A stretch of 64,000 nt of DNA, taken from the NCBI GenBank assembly GCA_963817525.1, contig CAWFOU010000007.1, positions 96,001 to 160,000 of the forward strand. The letters run 5' to 3'. The position numbers and the translations under genes were made by a program. This DNA is from an uncultured archaeon. GTDB taxonomy: Archaea; Thermoproteota; Nitrososphaeria; Nitrososphaerales; Gagatemarchaeaceae. Position 1 is the first letter of the stretch. Each line of letters begins with the position of its first letter. Positions 8,662-18,754 of the stretch are shown here, piece by piece. The notes below the pieces were generated by a model. That model was not told where the DNA came from and did not search any database. It saw nothing but the letters and a program-made list of their open reading frames with translations.

Positions 8662-9980
8662 GAAGAACTCCTCCCTCCCCCGCCCCTCCTGTTGCCGCTG
8701 TTGCCGCCGTTCCCGCGATAGCCGCCCCCGCGCTGCCCATGGCCGCCTCCGCCGCCTCGTCCCCTATATCCTCCACGGTATCCTCCTCCGCCCCTGCCTC
8801 CGCTGCTGTACCTGGAGTCCTGGAGCGCGGTGATGGTGGTCTTCGCCGGTATGTAGAACTGGTGCTCGGCGTCCTGCTTCCTCAGCGGGTAGATGGCCGC
8901 CTTGCTCAGCGACAGGATGCGCTCAAAGTCGCTCTGCTCGTCGCCCGAGACGAGGGTGAATGCGCGACCCCCTTCCCCGGCTCTTGCCGTCCTCCCGACC
9001 CTGTGGAAGTACAGGAGCGGGTCCTGTGGGACGTCGTAGTTGATCACGGCCTCGACCTGCGAGATGTCTAGCCCCCTGCTTGCGACGTCGGTCGCGACCA
9101 GTATGTCGGCCTTCGCGTCCCTAAAGAGGCGCATCGAGTGGTCCCTCTGGTTCTGGCTGAGGTCCCCGTGCAGCGGCACGGCGTTGAAGTATCGCTTCTG
9201 GAGCTCCCTGGCGAGCTTGTGCGCCCCATACTTGGTCCTTGCGAACACTATCGCGCTCGCAGGCCTCTCCGTCTCGAGGATGTCGACCAGCGTCTGTAGC
9301 TTGTCGTCGTACCCAGTGACCGCGTAGAACTGCTCCAGCGTGTCGGCCTGGGGCTCGTCGGCGCTCACCAGGATCTTCTCCGGGTTCTTCATGTGCCTCG
9401 CCGCGATGTCCATGATCCTTTGCGGCATGGTGGCCGAGAAGAGGCTCATCTGCCTCGGTTGAGGGATGGAGTCGAGGATGAACTCGATGTCCTCGATGAA
9501 CCCCATGTCGAGCATTGTGTCGGCCTCGTCCAATACGACGAACTTGGCCTTGCGGAGGTCGAGGGTGCCGCGCTTGATGTGGTCTATCACCCGTCCGGGC
9601 GTCCCGACGACCACGTGCACGCCGCTCCTAAGGTGGTCGAGCTGGACGTTGATGGACTGGCCTCCGTAGATGGTCAGCACGCGGACTCCCGTGTAAGCGC
9701 CCAATCGCTGGATCTCGTCCTTGATCTGCACTGCGAGCTCCCTTGTGGGGGCGAGCACGAGCGCCTGGACCTCGTTCCTCGCGGGGTCGATGGCTTGCAG
9801 CATAGGCAAGCCGAAGGCGGCGGTCTTTCCGCTGCCGGTTTTCGCCTGTCCAATAATGTCTCGTCCCGCTAATAGGGGCCCGATCGCAAGCTGTTGGATA
9901 GGGAAGGGTTTCTCAAACCCTGCTTCGTCTACGCCCCTCAATATCTGGGGGCGTAGTTCCAATTCCTTGAAACTGTTCAT
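8655..9980 (-). CDS. deaD: DEAD-box RNA helicase with RGG tail
   Basis: Q motif GFEKPFPIQ, AKTGSGKT, PTRELA, DEAD, SAT, HRVGRTAR. Confidence 0.93.
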   Translation of the reverse strand: MNSFKELELRPQILRGVDEAGFEKPFPIQQLAIGPLLAGRDIIGQAKTGSGKTAAFGLPMLQAIDPARNEVQALVLAPTRELAVQIKDEIQRLGAYTGVRVLTIYGGQSINVQLDHLRSGVHVVVGTPGRVIDHIKRGTLDLRKAKFVVLDEADTMLDMGFIEDIEFILDSIPQPRQMSLFSATMPQRIMDIAARHMKNPEKILVSADEPQADTLEQFYAVTGYDDKLQTLVDILETERPASAIVFARTKYGAHKLARELQKRYFNAVPLHGDLSQNQRDHSMRLFRDAKADILVATDVASRGLDISQVEAVINYDVPQDPLLYFHRVGRTARAGEGGRAFTLVSGDEQSDFERILSLSKAAIYPLRKQDAEHQFYIPAKTTITALQDSRYSSGGRGGGGYRGGYRGRGGGGGHGQRGGGYRGNGGNSGNRRGGGGRSSSW

Positions 9981-10242
9981 TTTCTCTTGTTTCCACGGCA
10001 AATTCGTTCTCAGAGAATCAGAAGCGTCATCGTCTTTCACGTCGCCGCATATCCGAATCAACTCAGCCGAGTTTGCAGTGAATTATGTTTCCGTCCTTGT
10101 TGTATTTAAGGATTTGACGACATCCGCAAGAAATTCTTGGGTTTTCTGACGCAGCCCGGGTCGCGGCTCGAAGACCGTTCTCGGTGAACACCCAACAGTA
10201 ATCTAGGATGCGGCTCCCACGCCGGAGGGGAGGAAGACAGGG

Positions 10243-11703
10243 ATAGCCTCAGCCGAAACCATCATCGCGGGGTTCCTGATAATTACGGTAGTGGCGTCCA
10301 TCGTCTCGCGAAGGACCCGGATCCCGTACACCGTGTTCATGGTGGTCCTGGGGATCGCACTCGCGACATTCTCCGCGTCGTCCATATTCGGGGTCAACCT
10401 CATCTTCAACAACCTGGTGGGCGGCGGGTACTTCGTCGCGCTGGTCCTGCCTCCCTTGCTCTTCGAGGCCATGATGAACATCAGGTCGACGGAGCTCAGG
10501 ACGGTGATCAACCCCGCCCTCGCGCTAGCGACTGTCGGCGTGGTGATTTCGACGGTCGTCGCCGGCCTCGCGCTCTCGACCCTGGCAGGCATCCCGCTCG
10601 GCGTGGCGTTCCTCTTCGGCGCCCTCATCGCCCCCACCGACACCGCCACCGTCCTCGAGATATTCAGGAGGGTCAAGGTCCCGGCGAGGCTCTCGGCGCT
10701 CATGCAGACTGAGGCGTCCTTCAACGACGCCACCGGCATACTGGTCTTCTCGGTCGTCCTCACCTCCATCACCGTGTCCCACCCCTCCCCTGTCAGCGCG
10801 CTCTCGCAGTTCGGACTCCTGCTGGGCGGCGGGGCGCTCGTGGGCCTGCTCGTCGGGTTCGGCTCGGAGATGCTCTCGAGCTTCGTCGACGACACCCTCT
10901 CAGAGACAATAATCACGGTGGTATGCGTCTACGGCTCGTACTCCCTGGCGAGCTACCTCGGGGTGTCCGGCCTCATCGCGGTGGCCGTGGCGGGGCTGTA
11001 TTTCGGCAACCTGACGATGCGCGCCACCGTGGTCCAGAAGGCCAGGGGGACGATCAAGTCCTTCTGGCAGACCATCGCGTTCGTGGCCAACTCGCTGGCC
11101 TTCCTCTTCATAGGGCTGAGCACCGACATCACCCAGCTCGCGGCGGGCGCGCTGGCCATCGGCGTGGCGTTCCTCGCCGTGAGCATAGCGCGCGTGGCCT
11201 CCGTCTATCCGATCCTGGGCCTGTTCTCGATAGCGGGAGCGAAGATCCCCCGCTCCTGGAGGAACGCGGCGGCGCTGGGCGGGATGAAGGGGGCGCTCTC
11301 GATAGTGCTCGTCGCGTCGATACCGAGCGCGGTGGAGCAGCGGAGCACGATAACCACAATGGTGCTCGGGGTCGCGTTCCTCTCAATAACCCTGCAGGGG
11401 TCGGTCCTCTTCAGGTACGTGGACTCGAGGTTCCCGAAGGGGCCCAAGGCCGCGAAGAGCGAGGCGGATGCCAAGCTTACGACCACCCTCTCGGAGCTGG
11501 AGGAACTCCGTAAGCTGAAGGCCAAGGGCGAGATTGCAGATGACGAGTTCGCCTTCTGGATGAGCCAGAGGGAGAAGGAGCTCGCGCAGCTCGTCGAGGA
11601 GATGAAGGTGACGAACCAGACCACCAAGCTCGTGAGGGCGAGGTGGAAGGGCCTCGTCTCCCTCTTCGGCAGGAGGAAGAGGAAGAAGAGAGCAAAATCG
11701 TGA
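10243..11703 (+). CDS. CPA1-family Na+/H+ antiporter (NhaP-like)
   Basis: LPPLLFEA, APTD, EASFNDATG, GGMKGAL. The first TM helix extends upstream of GTG 10291 to an in-frame ATA at 10243, so the start is uncertain. Confidence 0.88.
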   Translation: MASAETIIAGFLIITVVASIVSRRTRIPYTVFMVVLGIALATFSASSIFGVNLIFNNLVGGGYFVALVLPPLLFEAMMNIRSTELRTVINPALALATVGVVISTVVAGLALSTLAGIPLGVAFLFGALIAPTDTATVLEIFRRVKVPARLSALMQTEASFNDATGILVFSVVLTSITVSHPSPVSALSQFGLLLGGGALVGLLVGFGSEMLSSFVDDTLSETIITVVCVYGSYSLASYLGVSGLIAVAVAGLYFGNLTMRATVVQKARGTIKSFWQTIAFVANSLAFLFIGLSTDITQLAAGALAIGVAFLAVSIARVASVYPILGLFSIAGAKIPRSWRNAAALGGMKGALSIVLVASIPSAVEQRSTITTMVLGVAFLSITLQGSVLFRYVDSRFPKGPKAAKSEADAKLTTTLSELEELRKLKAKGEIADDEFAFWMSQREKELAQLVEEMKVTNQTTKLVRARWKGLVSLFGRRKRKKRAKS

Positions 11704-11740
11704 AGAAACAGTTATCTCGATTGGAAGCCTGTTCTGACTC

Positions 11741-12277
11741 ATGAGCCCCGTCGACCCCTCGGAGGTCTACCGCCTCTTCTATCCGGCGGTACCCGTGATA
11801 GTCAGCTGCAGCGACGGAGGGGTGGTCTACGCGATGCCCGCGGTCTCCGTGATCCCCCTCTCCAACGACCCACCGCTGGTCGGCGTGTCGTCCTCCCCCG
11901 GACACGCCACCCACCAGGCGGTCCTGAATGCCGGGCGCTTCTCCTTGTCGTGGGTGGACGCCTCCCTCGTAAAGTCGCTGGAGGTGCTGGGGACCACCTC
12001 GCACGGCGTCCCCGACAAGCTCCGGGCGGCCGGACTGAAGCACTCGCGCGGAAGGAAGCTCGACGTCCCGATAGTCAAGGGCGCGGCCGCGTCGCTCGAG
12101 TGCTCGCTTGACGCGAGGCAGCCCTTGGGGGACCACGAGCTGCTGATAGGCAAGGTGCTCGATGCCAGGGCAACCGAGGACTTTCAGGGATACTGGAGGT
12201 TCGAGTCGTATAGGCCCGTCCTCTATGCGGGCATCCAGGGCGGGTCGTTCAAGACCTACCCTCCCCGACGCGCGTAG
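11741..12277 (+). CDS. Flavin reductase family protein
   Basis: SNDPPLVGV, AASLEC, GDHELLIGKV. Confidence 0.85.
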   Translation: MSPVDPSEVYRLFYPAVPVIVSCSDGGVVYAMPAVSVIPLSNDPPLVGVSSSPGHATHQAVLNAGRFSLSWVDASLVKSLEVLGTTSHGVPDKLRAAGLKHSRGRKLDVPIVKGAAASLECSLDARQPLGDHELLIGKVLDARATEDFQGYWRFESYRPVLYAGIQGGSFKTYPPRRA

Positions 12278-12278
12278 C

Positions 12279-12932
12279 TCAGACGAGACGGATCGAGGGG
12301 GACTTTAGCCCGTTGAGCTTGCTCGCGTTGAGGAGGGCGGGCGTGATGGCCTCCACCAACCGGGTGGCCGACAGCGGTCCCGCGTACAAGGGTCTGAGCT
12401 TCCCCACAGACGAGACGACCGCGGCGGCCTCCGCGTACACCTCCCTGGTGTCGGCCGTGACCAGGACGTCATAGGCGAGCTCCTCGTCGAGCTGCGCGAG
12501 CTTTGGGGCCGGGACCGTGTGGAACGCGGCCGCGACCCTCGAGCCGGGAAGCGCCCTCGAGACGCGCTCCGCCGCCGAGTCGGCGTTGAGGGCCACCGAG
12601 AAGATCCCGTTGGTGACCACCATTGGGACGATGGGAGAGATCACCAGCTTCTCCATCAGGCTGGGGGCGAGGGAGGCCAGAAAGTCGGGCGAAGGGAGCT
12701 CAGGGACTGCGAGTATCGCAGTGTCGCACCAACGCGCGGCCTCCTCGTTGGCCTTCGCCTCGATGCGGACGCGAGACATCGCGGTGCCCTTCGCCGCCGC
12801 CGCCGCGGCCCTGTCGGGGTCGCGCGAGCCAATCGCCACGGAGTAGGCCTTGGACAGCCTGACAGCGAGCCCGAACCCGAGGTCGCCCGTCCCGCCCAAC
12901 ACCGCTATCTTGGCCTTGGCTGCCCTACTCAT
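12279..12932 (-). CDS. npdG: NADPH-dependent F420 reductase-like oxidoreductase
   Basis: IAVLGGTGDLGFGLA, IGSR, SAAE, VAAAFHTVPA, AGPL, VEAITP. Confidence 0.8.
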   Translation of the reverse strand: MSRAAKAKIAVLGGTGDLGFGLAVRLSKAYSVAIGSRDPDRAAAAAAKGTAMSRVRIEAKANEEAARWCDTAILAVPELPSPDFLASLAPSLMEKLVISPIVPMVVTNGIFSVALNADSAAERVSRALPGSRVAAAFHTVPAPKLAQLDEELAYDVLVTADTREVYAEAAAVVSSVGKLRPLYAGPLSATRLVEAITPALLNASKLNGLKSPSIRLV

Positions 12933-13632
12933 TCTCCTCGACCTCCTCGAGCTTCCCTTGCTCCGCGCCGCCCTGTTCCTGCCACCCGGCGTGCTTTGCG
13001 TCGAGGACGTGCGCGATCTTCGAGGCTCGCTTGGAGCCCACACCCGGGATCATCGCGAACTGCGCCTCCGTGAGGGTCATCACCTTTCTGGGGGTGCCGT
13101 ACCTTGCGAGCATCCTCTTAGCGGTCTTCATCCCCACCCCGGGCAGCGAGGAGACGAAGTAAAGCTGCTGCTGCGCCTCGTCCTTGCTCTTCGGGGGGCT
13201 CTGCAGGATGCCCGGGGGGATGGGCCTCGCCCTGCTGTTCTTCACGAGGGCTGCGATCGCGAGGGCGGTCTCGTCGGGGTTCGCGGTGTGCATCAGCCTT
13301 AGGTCGTACGCCAGCGTCACGGACGCTATCGCGCCGTAATAGGATGCCAAGTTCTTGACCATCCCGCCCACCTTGCTGACGTCCCCCTCGACGATGATGT
13401 ACGGCTTCCTGTAGGAGCTGGCGAGGCCCGAGGCCTGGGCGAAGAGCCTCCCGTCGTAGACGGATGAGACGAAGTCTCCGATCGACTTGCGCTCCGCAGC
13501 TATCTCGGGGTTGACCACGTAGTCCCCGACGGCGAGCCGGGTGAAGTAGACGCGGACGTCCAGCTTCGAGAGCTTGTCGGGGACGCCACTCGCTCTCTCC
13601 CTCTCGTCCGCGATAACCCTGGGAAGTATCAT
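12925..13632 (-). CDS. xpf: Short-form ERCC4/XPF nuclease with HhH2
   Basis: IADERE, GDYVV, AERKS, DGRLFAQ, IVEG, LPGVG/IPGVG. Confidence 0.88.
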   Translation of the reverse strand: MILPRVIADERERASGVPDKLSKLDVRVYFTRLAVGDYVVNPEIAAERKSIGDFVSSVYDGRLFAQASGLASSYRKPYIIVEGDVSKVGGMVKNLASYYGAIASVTLAYDLRLMHTANPDETALAIAALVKNSRARPIPPGILQSPPKSKDEAQQQLYFVSSLPGVGMKTAKRMLARYGTPRKVMTLTEAQFAMIPGVGSKRASKIAHVLDAKHAGWQEQGGAEQGKLEEVEENE

Positions 13633-13637
13633 CGCAC

Positions 13638-14381
13638 TCAGACCCTGAAGTAAACGGGGTGGTAAATATAGAGTGCCACGGCGGAGAAAATGAGAAGGCT
13701 CACAAGGACCACGGCGAGGTCGTACCACCTGAGGCGCATCCCGTAGAGGGACGTGGGCTTCGGGGTCGAGCCGTAGGCCCGCGACTCCATCGCCTCTGCC
13801 AGCTCCCCGCTCCTGATGACCGAGTTGACGACGAGCGGGATGAGGACGGGGACGAGGTTCCTGACGCGCCTGACGACGTTCCCCCTCTCGAACTCCAGGC
13901 CCCTCGACTTTTGGGCGTCCATTATCTGGAAGGCGTCGAGCATGACCACCGGGATGAACCTCACGGCGGTCACGAAGGCGAAGACGACGTCGCGGGGCAC
14001 CCTCATCCACTTCATGATCTGCTCCAGCTCGTCGGGCGAGGTGGTGACGAAGAAGAGGCTCGTCGAGGCGATTATCGCGAGGAATCGCAGCGAGTATAGG
14101 AACGCGTCTAGGAGCCCGAGCCCGACGAGGAAGTTCACCGCGAAGATGAAGACCGCAAAGAGACCGGAGAAGGCGACCGTCCTCCCGATCCTCCGGAGGG
14201 ACTTTGCGACGCCCGCGACGAGGAGGATGCTGAGCAGGACGATGGACACCGCCTCGACGGTCGAGGTGAGGAGGGCGAGGACGAAGAACTCAAGCGCGAC
14301 CAGGAGCTTGACCCGGGGGTCGAGCCTGTGGAAGGGGGAGCTGACCCGCCTGAAGAGGAACCCCGCGGAGAGCCAGTACAT
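13638..14381 (-). CDS. ecfT: ECF transporter transmembrane component T
   Basis: LDPRVKL, AQKSRG, AMESRAY. Confidence 0.88.
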   Translation of the reverse strand: MYWLSAGFLFRRVSSPFHRLDPRVKLLVALEFFVLALLTSTVEAVSIVLLSILLVAGVAKSLRRIGRTVAFSGLFAVFIFAVNFLVGLGLLDAFLYSLRFLAIIASTSLFFVTTSPDELEQIMKWMRVPRDVVFAFVTAVRFIPVVMLDAFQIMDAQKSRGLEFERGNVVRRVRNLVPVLIPLVVNSVIRSGELAEAMESRAYGSTPKPTSLYGMRLRWYDLAVVLVSLLIFSAVALYIYHPVYFRV

Positions 14382-14385
14382 GGCC

Positions 14386-15216
14386 CTAGCGCGCCTCCTT
14401 CCCCGCCTGCCTCCGCGCGACCCAGTCGCGGGCGTCGTTGACCTCCAGGAACGGGGCCGGCGGCCTCTCCCTGAGCCCCGAGTAGAGCCTGAGGAGCTGG
14501 GGCTGGGTGACCCTCGCCCCCTCGAGGAGCGCGCGGTCGCCCATAATCTCGGCGATGGGGCCGTCGGCGACGATCCTCCCCCCCGACATCACGACCAGCC
14601 GCGGCTGGATGGGCCAGAGGAACTCGACGTCGTGAGAGACTATGATGATCGTCTTGCCCGTCGACTGGAGCATCTTGAAAATCTGCGAGAGCTTCTCCTT
14701 CTGGAGGGCGTCCTGGCCCACCGTGGGCTCGTCGAGGACGACCACCTCGGGGTCCCACGCGAGGATGCATGCGAGGGTGAGCCTCTTCTTCTCCCCCCCG
14801 CTGAGGATGAGGGGGGAGGACTTGCGATACTGCTCGAGCCCGAAGAAGCCGAGAGCCCAGTCGAGCCTCCTCGCGACCAGCTCCTCGGGGAACCCGAAGT
14901 TCCTCAGGGCGAAGCTCACCTCGCTCTCGACGCTGTCTGAGAAGAGCTGGTGGTCCGGGTTCTGGAAGGCGATCCCGACCTTCCGGGAGAGGGTCGCGGT
15001 GGTCGTCCCGCGGGTGTCGGCTCCGTCGACGAGCACCGAGCCCCTGGTCGGCTTGAGCAGGCCGTTGGTGTGCCTTACCAGGGTGGTCTTCCCTGCCCCG
15101 TTCTCGCCGACTATCGCGACGGTCTCCCCCTTCCCGAAGGAGAGGTTCACGCCAGAGAGCGCGGTCACGCCGGTCCGATGGACGAAGGAGACGTCCCTGA
15201 ACTCTATGAGGGTCAG
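14386..15216 (-). CDS. ECF transporter ATPase
   Basis: GENGAGKTT, FQNPDHQLF, LSGGEKKR, LDEPT. Start probably CTG, overlapping the upstream stop. Confidence 0.88.
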   Translation of the reverse strand: MTLIEFRDVSFVHRTGVTALSGVNLSFGKGETVAIVGENGAGKTTLVRHTNGLLKPTRGSVLVDGADTRGTTTATLSRKVGIAFQNPDHQLFSDSVESEVSFALRNFGFPEELVARRLDWALGFFGLEQYRKSSPLILSGGEKKRLTLACILAWDPEVVVLDEPTVGQDALQKEKLSQIFKMLQSTGKTIIIVSHDVEFLWPIQPRLVVMSGGRIVADGPIAEIMGDRALLEGARVTQPQLLRLYSGLRERPPAPFLEVNDARDWVARRQAGKEAR

Positions 15217-16103
15217 AGCCCGTTCAGCTCCTCGGTCATCTCCTCGGGGGTCTCGGGGACCCTGGGGAGCCCCACCCCATCCCGCGTGAGGGCAGTGTAT
15301 AGCCTCGAGACGGGCGGGACGCTCACGCCGTAGGCCTCGACCCTCGGGTCGGCGAGGACCTCGCGAGGAGCCCCGTCCATCACCTTGGCGCCCCGGTCCA
15401 GGACGACGAGCCTGTGGGCGATGGGGACGAGGAGCTCGAGCCTGTGCTCCACGACGATGAAGGTTATCCCGAGCTCGCGGTTGAGCCTCTCGATGAGCGA
15501 GACGACCTCCAGCGCGGTCTTGGGGTCGAGGAGGGAGGTCGGCTCGTCCAGGATTATCAGCTTGGGGCGCATGGCTATCACCCCGGCGAGGGCCGTCCGC
15601 TGCTTCTGGCCGTCGGAGAGCTCGTGCGGGGCCCTGAGTGCGAGGTCGGAGATGCCCAGGAGCCGCATGGCCTCGTCGACGCGTGACCTCATCTCCGGCC
15701 TCGGGACGGAGAGGTTCTGGAGGCCGAAGGCGACGTCCCTCTCGACGGAGAACATGAATATCTGGTTCTCCGGGTTCTGGAAGAGGAGGCCCACGCTCTG
15801 GGAGAGTTCGCTCATCGACGTCTTCGCGACCTCGAGGCCGCCGACGGAGACGCTCCCCCGGTAGTCTCCGGGGTACATGTGGGGGATCAAGCCGTTGATG
15901 CAGCGGAGGAGCGTGGACTTGCCGCACCCGCTGGGGCCGGCGAGCACGACCACCTCGCCCTGGCCGATCTCTAGCCTCACGTCCCTCAGGACGGGGTCTT
16001 TCGAGTCGGGATAGCGGAACGAGAGGCCCTGCACGGAGGTGATGACCCTCCTCCCGCCGAGCGTCCTCGCGCCTCCCGTCGACCCGGAGAACTCTGCGGC
16101 CAT
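15213..16103 (-). CDS. ECF transporter ATPase
   Basis: GPSGCGKST, FQNPENQIF, LSDGQKQR, LDEPT, VEH. Confidence 0.88.
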   Translation of the reverse strand: MAAEFSGSTGGARTLGGRRVITSVQGLSFRYPDSKDPVLRDVRLEIGQGEVVVLAGPSGCGKSTLLRCINGLIPHMYPGDYRGSVSVGGLEVAKTSMSELSQSVGLLFQNPENQIFMFSVERDVAFGLQNLSVPRPEMRSRVDEAMRLLGISDLALRAPHELSDGQKQRTALAGVIAMRPKLIILDEPTSLLDPKTALEVVSLIERLNRELGITFIVVEHRLELLVPIAHRLVVLDRGAKVMDGAPREVLADPRVEAYGVSVPPVSRLYTALTRDGVGLPRVPETPEEMTEELNGL

Positions 16104-16160
16104 TACTACTTTCTTGGTCGCTACCAAATTCTTATTAAAGTCAGCGGTCGCGGGTGACAC

Positions 16161-16850
16161 GTGCAAAAGGGGAGGTTCGGCGGGCTGGACAGCGTGTCCC
16201 TCGGCGGCATCGCCGTGTTCGGGGCCTTGGCGGTCGTCCTTACCACGCTCTCGCACGCGCTCGGCCTGGACTTCCCACTCATCCCGTACCTCCAGTTCGA
16301 CTTTGGGGAGATCGCGATACTCCTCGCGTTCTTCATCTTCGGTCCGGTCCCCGGACTGGTCGCGGCCTTCATCGAGTTCCTCACCCTGATGATCCTCGGG
16401 CAGAACGCGCCAATAGGCCCGGTCCTGAAGCTGGTCTCGATACTCGCGTCCATCGGCGGCATCTGGCTGGGGACCGTGGTGGTCTCCCGCTCCCGCAGCC
16501 CGAGCTTCGGCAAGGCGGCCGCGCTGGGCACGTCCCTCGGGATAGTCTCGAGGGTGGTCTTCCTCACGATAGCCAACTACTACCTGATCGTCTACTTCGG
16601 AGGAGAGTACGCGCTGAGCGGTCTCGTCCCCTACCTCGCGGGGACGTTCAAGCTGGTCGGCGTGACGCTCACACCGGGGAACGGGCTGGAGCTCATCCTG
16701 GCCTTCACCGCGATCTTCAACGTCCTGCAGCTCGCCTTCGTAGCGGGCGTGACCTCCTTCCTTGTCGGGCTCCCCCAGCTCCAGTCCACGAGGGCGGCGG
16801 GGAGGACCCTCTGGGTCGTCTCCTATCTGCGCGCCCGCAACCAGGCCTAG
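16161..16850 (+). CDS. ECF transporter S (substrate-binding) component
   Basis: Multi-TM protein with FPLIPYLQFDFGEI...FIFGPVPG; divergent from the ecfAA'T genes. Confidence 0.75.
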   Translation: MQKGRFGGLDSVSLGGIAVFGALAVVLTTLSHALGLDFPLIPYLQFDFGEIAILLAFFIFGPVPGLVAAFIEFLTLMILGQNAPIGPVLKLVSILASIGGIWLGTVVVSRSRSPSFGKAAALGTSLGIVSRVVFLTIANYYLIVYFGGEYALSGLVPYLAGTFKLVGVTLTPGNGLELILAFTAIFNVLQLAFVAGVTSFLVGLPQLQSTRAAGRTLWVVSYLRARNQA

Positions 16851-17845
16851 CGTATCTCCGTCGGTTTTTCCTTGAGGAGCGAGGCCAGGAGCGCCAGGGC
16901 GCCCTCGGCCGCCTTGTCCTCCGGTAGCGAGCACGTGAACGACGCCGCAGTGGGGTGCCCGCCTCCGAACCCGGCTTCCTTGGCGATGGCGGCGGCCACG
17001 TCGGTCCCCAGGTGGATCTTGGTCGAGTCCCAGAACCTCTGGTTGGCGCGCAGGCTCCCCCTCGTCTCGCCACCCGTCTCCCCCGTGACGATGGCCACGT
17101 CAGCGCCCATGGAGACCAGCGACCTCGCGACGTTGGACTGGAAGGAGCCGACGGTGGTCGTCACGACGACCCAGCCCGCGACCTTGTACGGCTTCAGCCT
17201 CCTGGCCGACTTTAGCTTCGCCACAACCTCGCCGTAGTCAGGGGGAGAGCGTAGGAGGAGCCTGGCGTCGTCTATGCTGGCCCCCCGGTCCAACAGCCCG
17301 ACGACCTCCCTCAGCGTGCCCTCCTTCGCTATGAGCAGGTGCTGCGAGTCGAACATTATCCCGAGGAGGATGGCCTGGGCCGTCTGCGCCTCCATCTGCA
17401 CGCCAAGGTCCCTGAAGAGCCTCGCGACTATCTCTGAGGCGGACGAGGAGGCGGGGTCCACGACCATGTGGTCGTAGGGGGAGCCCTCCTGGATCGGGTG
17501 GTGGTCGATGAGGACCTTCACTCCGCGGCTCGCCTTGAGCTGTCCCGACCAATCCTTGAGCAGCTCGGTGTGCCCGATGTCCACGGCCACGAGGAGGTCA
17601 TAGTCTGCGCCGTCCCCACCCCCCTCCACGAGGTTCTCCAGCTTGAACGACTCAGCCAGCCTGCGCGTGAGGAGGCTCATCCCGTCGGGGAGGATGACGT
17701 CCACCCTCGCGGCGGGGGAGGTCTTTGCCATCAGGCGGGTTATGGCGAACGCGGACATGTACGCGTCCGGGTCGGCGTGCCTGTGGCATATCACCCCGAC
17801 CCGCTTGATCGCCTCGGGCGCTACGAAGGGGAAGGAATCGGTCAT
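16847..17845 (-). CDS. DHH family phosphoesterase
   Basis: HRHADPDA, IDHH, GIMFDS, GGGHPTAA. Confidence 0.88.
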   Translation of the reverse strand: MTDSFPFVAPEAIKRVGVICHRHADPDAYMSAFAITRLMAKTSPAARVDVILPDGMSLLTRRLAESFKLENLVEGGGDGADYDLLVAVDIGHTELLKDWSGQLKASRGVKVLIDHHPIQEGSPYDHMVVDPASSSASEIVARLFRDLGVQMEAQTAQAILLGIMFDSQHLLIAKEGTLREVVGLLDRGASIDDARLLLRSPPDYGEVVAKLKSARRLKPYKVAGWVVVTTTVGSFQSNVARSLVSMGADVAIVTGETGGETRGSLRANQRFWDSTKIHLGTDVAAAIAKEAGFGGGHPTAASFTCSLPEDKAAEGALALLASLLKEKPTEIR

Positions 17846-17913
17846 CCTTTCACGCAACCCTGCGGCTCAGGGCCGCAGCCGGTTGAGCGCGCGGTGCGTC
17901 CCGGCGAGCATGG

Positions 17914-18300
17914 TCAGGACGAGTCCTTCCGGTCCGCCTGCGAGGATTGCGTCCTTCCCTTTAGCATGTCGTCGATCTTCGTCTGGAGGTCCTTCAGGCT
18001 CTCCTTGAAGCGGGTCTCCTGCTTCCCGAGCACCAGCGACCTCGTGTTCGAGATCTCCTTCTTCTCCTGGAGCTCCTTGGTTATGGCGTCCTTGGTGACC
18101 TTTATCAGCAGGTTGCCGGCGTACTTGTAGATCTGCTCGCCCTCGGGGGTGGTCTTCAGCTCCTCGAGCGCCCTGTCCGTCTCGGAAAGCTCGGCCTCCA
18201 CCTGTTGCTTCTGCATCTGCACCGCTTGCAGGTTCTGCTGGAGCTGCTCCAGCCTGGCGAGCTGCTCCCTCAGCCACGGAGGTATCTCTTGCTGGCTCAA
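17914..18300 (-). CDS. pfdB: Prefoldin beta subunit
   Basis: TTG start MSQQEIPPWLREQL; coiled coil, IYKYAGNLLIK, coiled coil. Confidence 0.9.
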   Translation of the reverse strand: MSQQEIPPWLREQLARLEQLQQNLQAVQMQKQQVEAELSETDRALEELKTTPEGEQIYKYAGNLLIKVTKDAITKELQEKKEISNTRSLVLGKQETRFKESLKDLQTKIDDMLKGRTQSSQADRKDSS

Positions 18301-18398
18301 TATTTCCTTGTCCGCGACCTTCGCGAGAGTAAATAAAGGCTTCAGGGTTTGGTTCTGTAACTGTTCGCGTGTGGGCGGATTAATACCGCTACAGCATA

Positions 18399-18750
18399 TG
18401 GTCGACGTGAGCGATAGGGTCGCCAGCGCGTGGGGAGTAGCTCCACAGCCCTGCGAAGGGCGATGCTTGGCACGCGAGGATACCATCGCTTCGCAAGCTG
18501 GAGGCTTGGATGGATGGGGAAGCGGACGCGGTGCGCATGGCCTATCCGCAAGGGGGCGGTCGAGGTTCGACCGTTCCCTTTCTCGGCCGGAGAGTGAGGG
18601 GAGTCGCTCGCAGCAAGCCTCTTCCTCTCTTCCTCCCACCGAGGAGAAAGGGCTGGCAGATGAAGCGGTGACGGGGAACGGGACGACTACCCTAATCCTC
18701 CGAGTCGATGCTTGCAAGTTGATTCGAAGGCGTGAGCCGAAGAGTCGACA
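18399..18750 (+). ncRNA. Candidate structured non-coding RNA (unidentified)
   Basis: ~430-bp gap with no credible ORF. Hairpins GCCCT-GCGA-AGGGC, CC-GCAA-GG, CGGTCGA-GGT-TCGACCG; long helix CCCTTTCTCGG/CCGAGGAGAAAGGG; terminal GTCGAC pair; ATTAATA box just upstream. Confidence 0.45.
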
Positions 18751-18754
18751 GAAC

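Noticed and set aside
18686-18697. CTACCCTAA resembling a telomerase RNA template
   Set aside because: A short chance match; there is no reverse transcriptase in the window.
18399-18750. RNase P RNA or SRP RNA
   Set aside because: Could not find the P4 signatures (GAGGAAAGTCC / ACAGAA..CGGC) or the SRP helix-8 motif on either strand.
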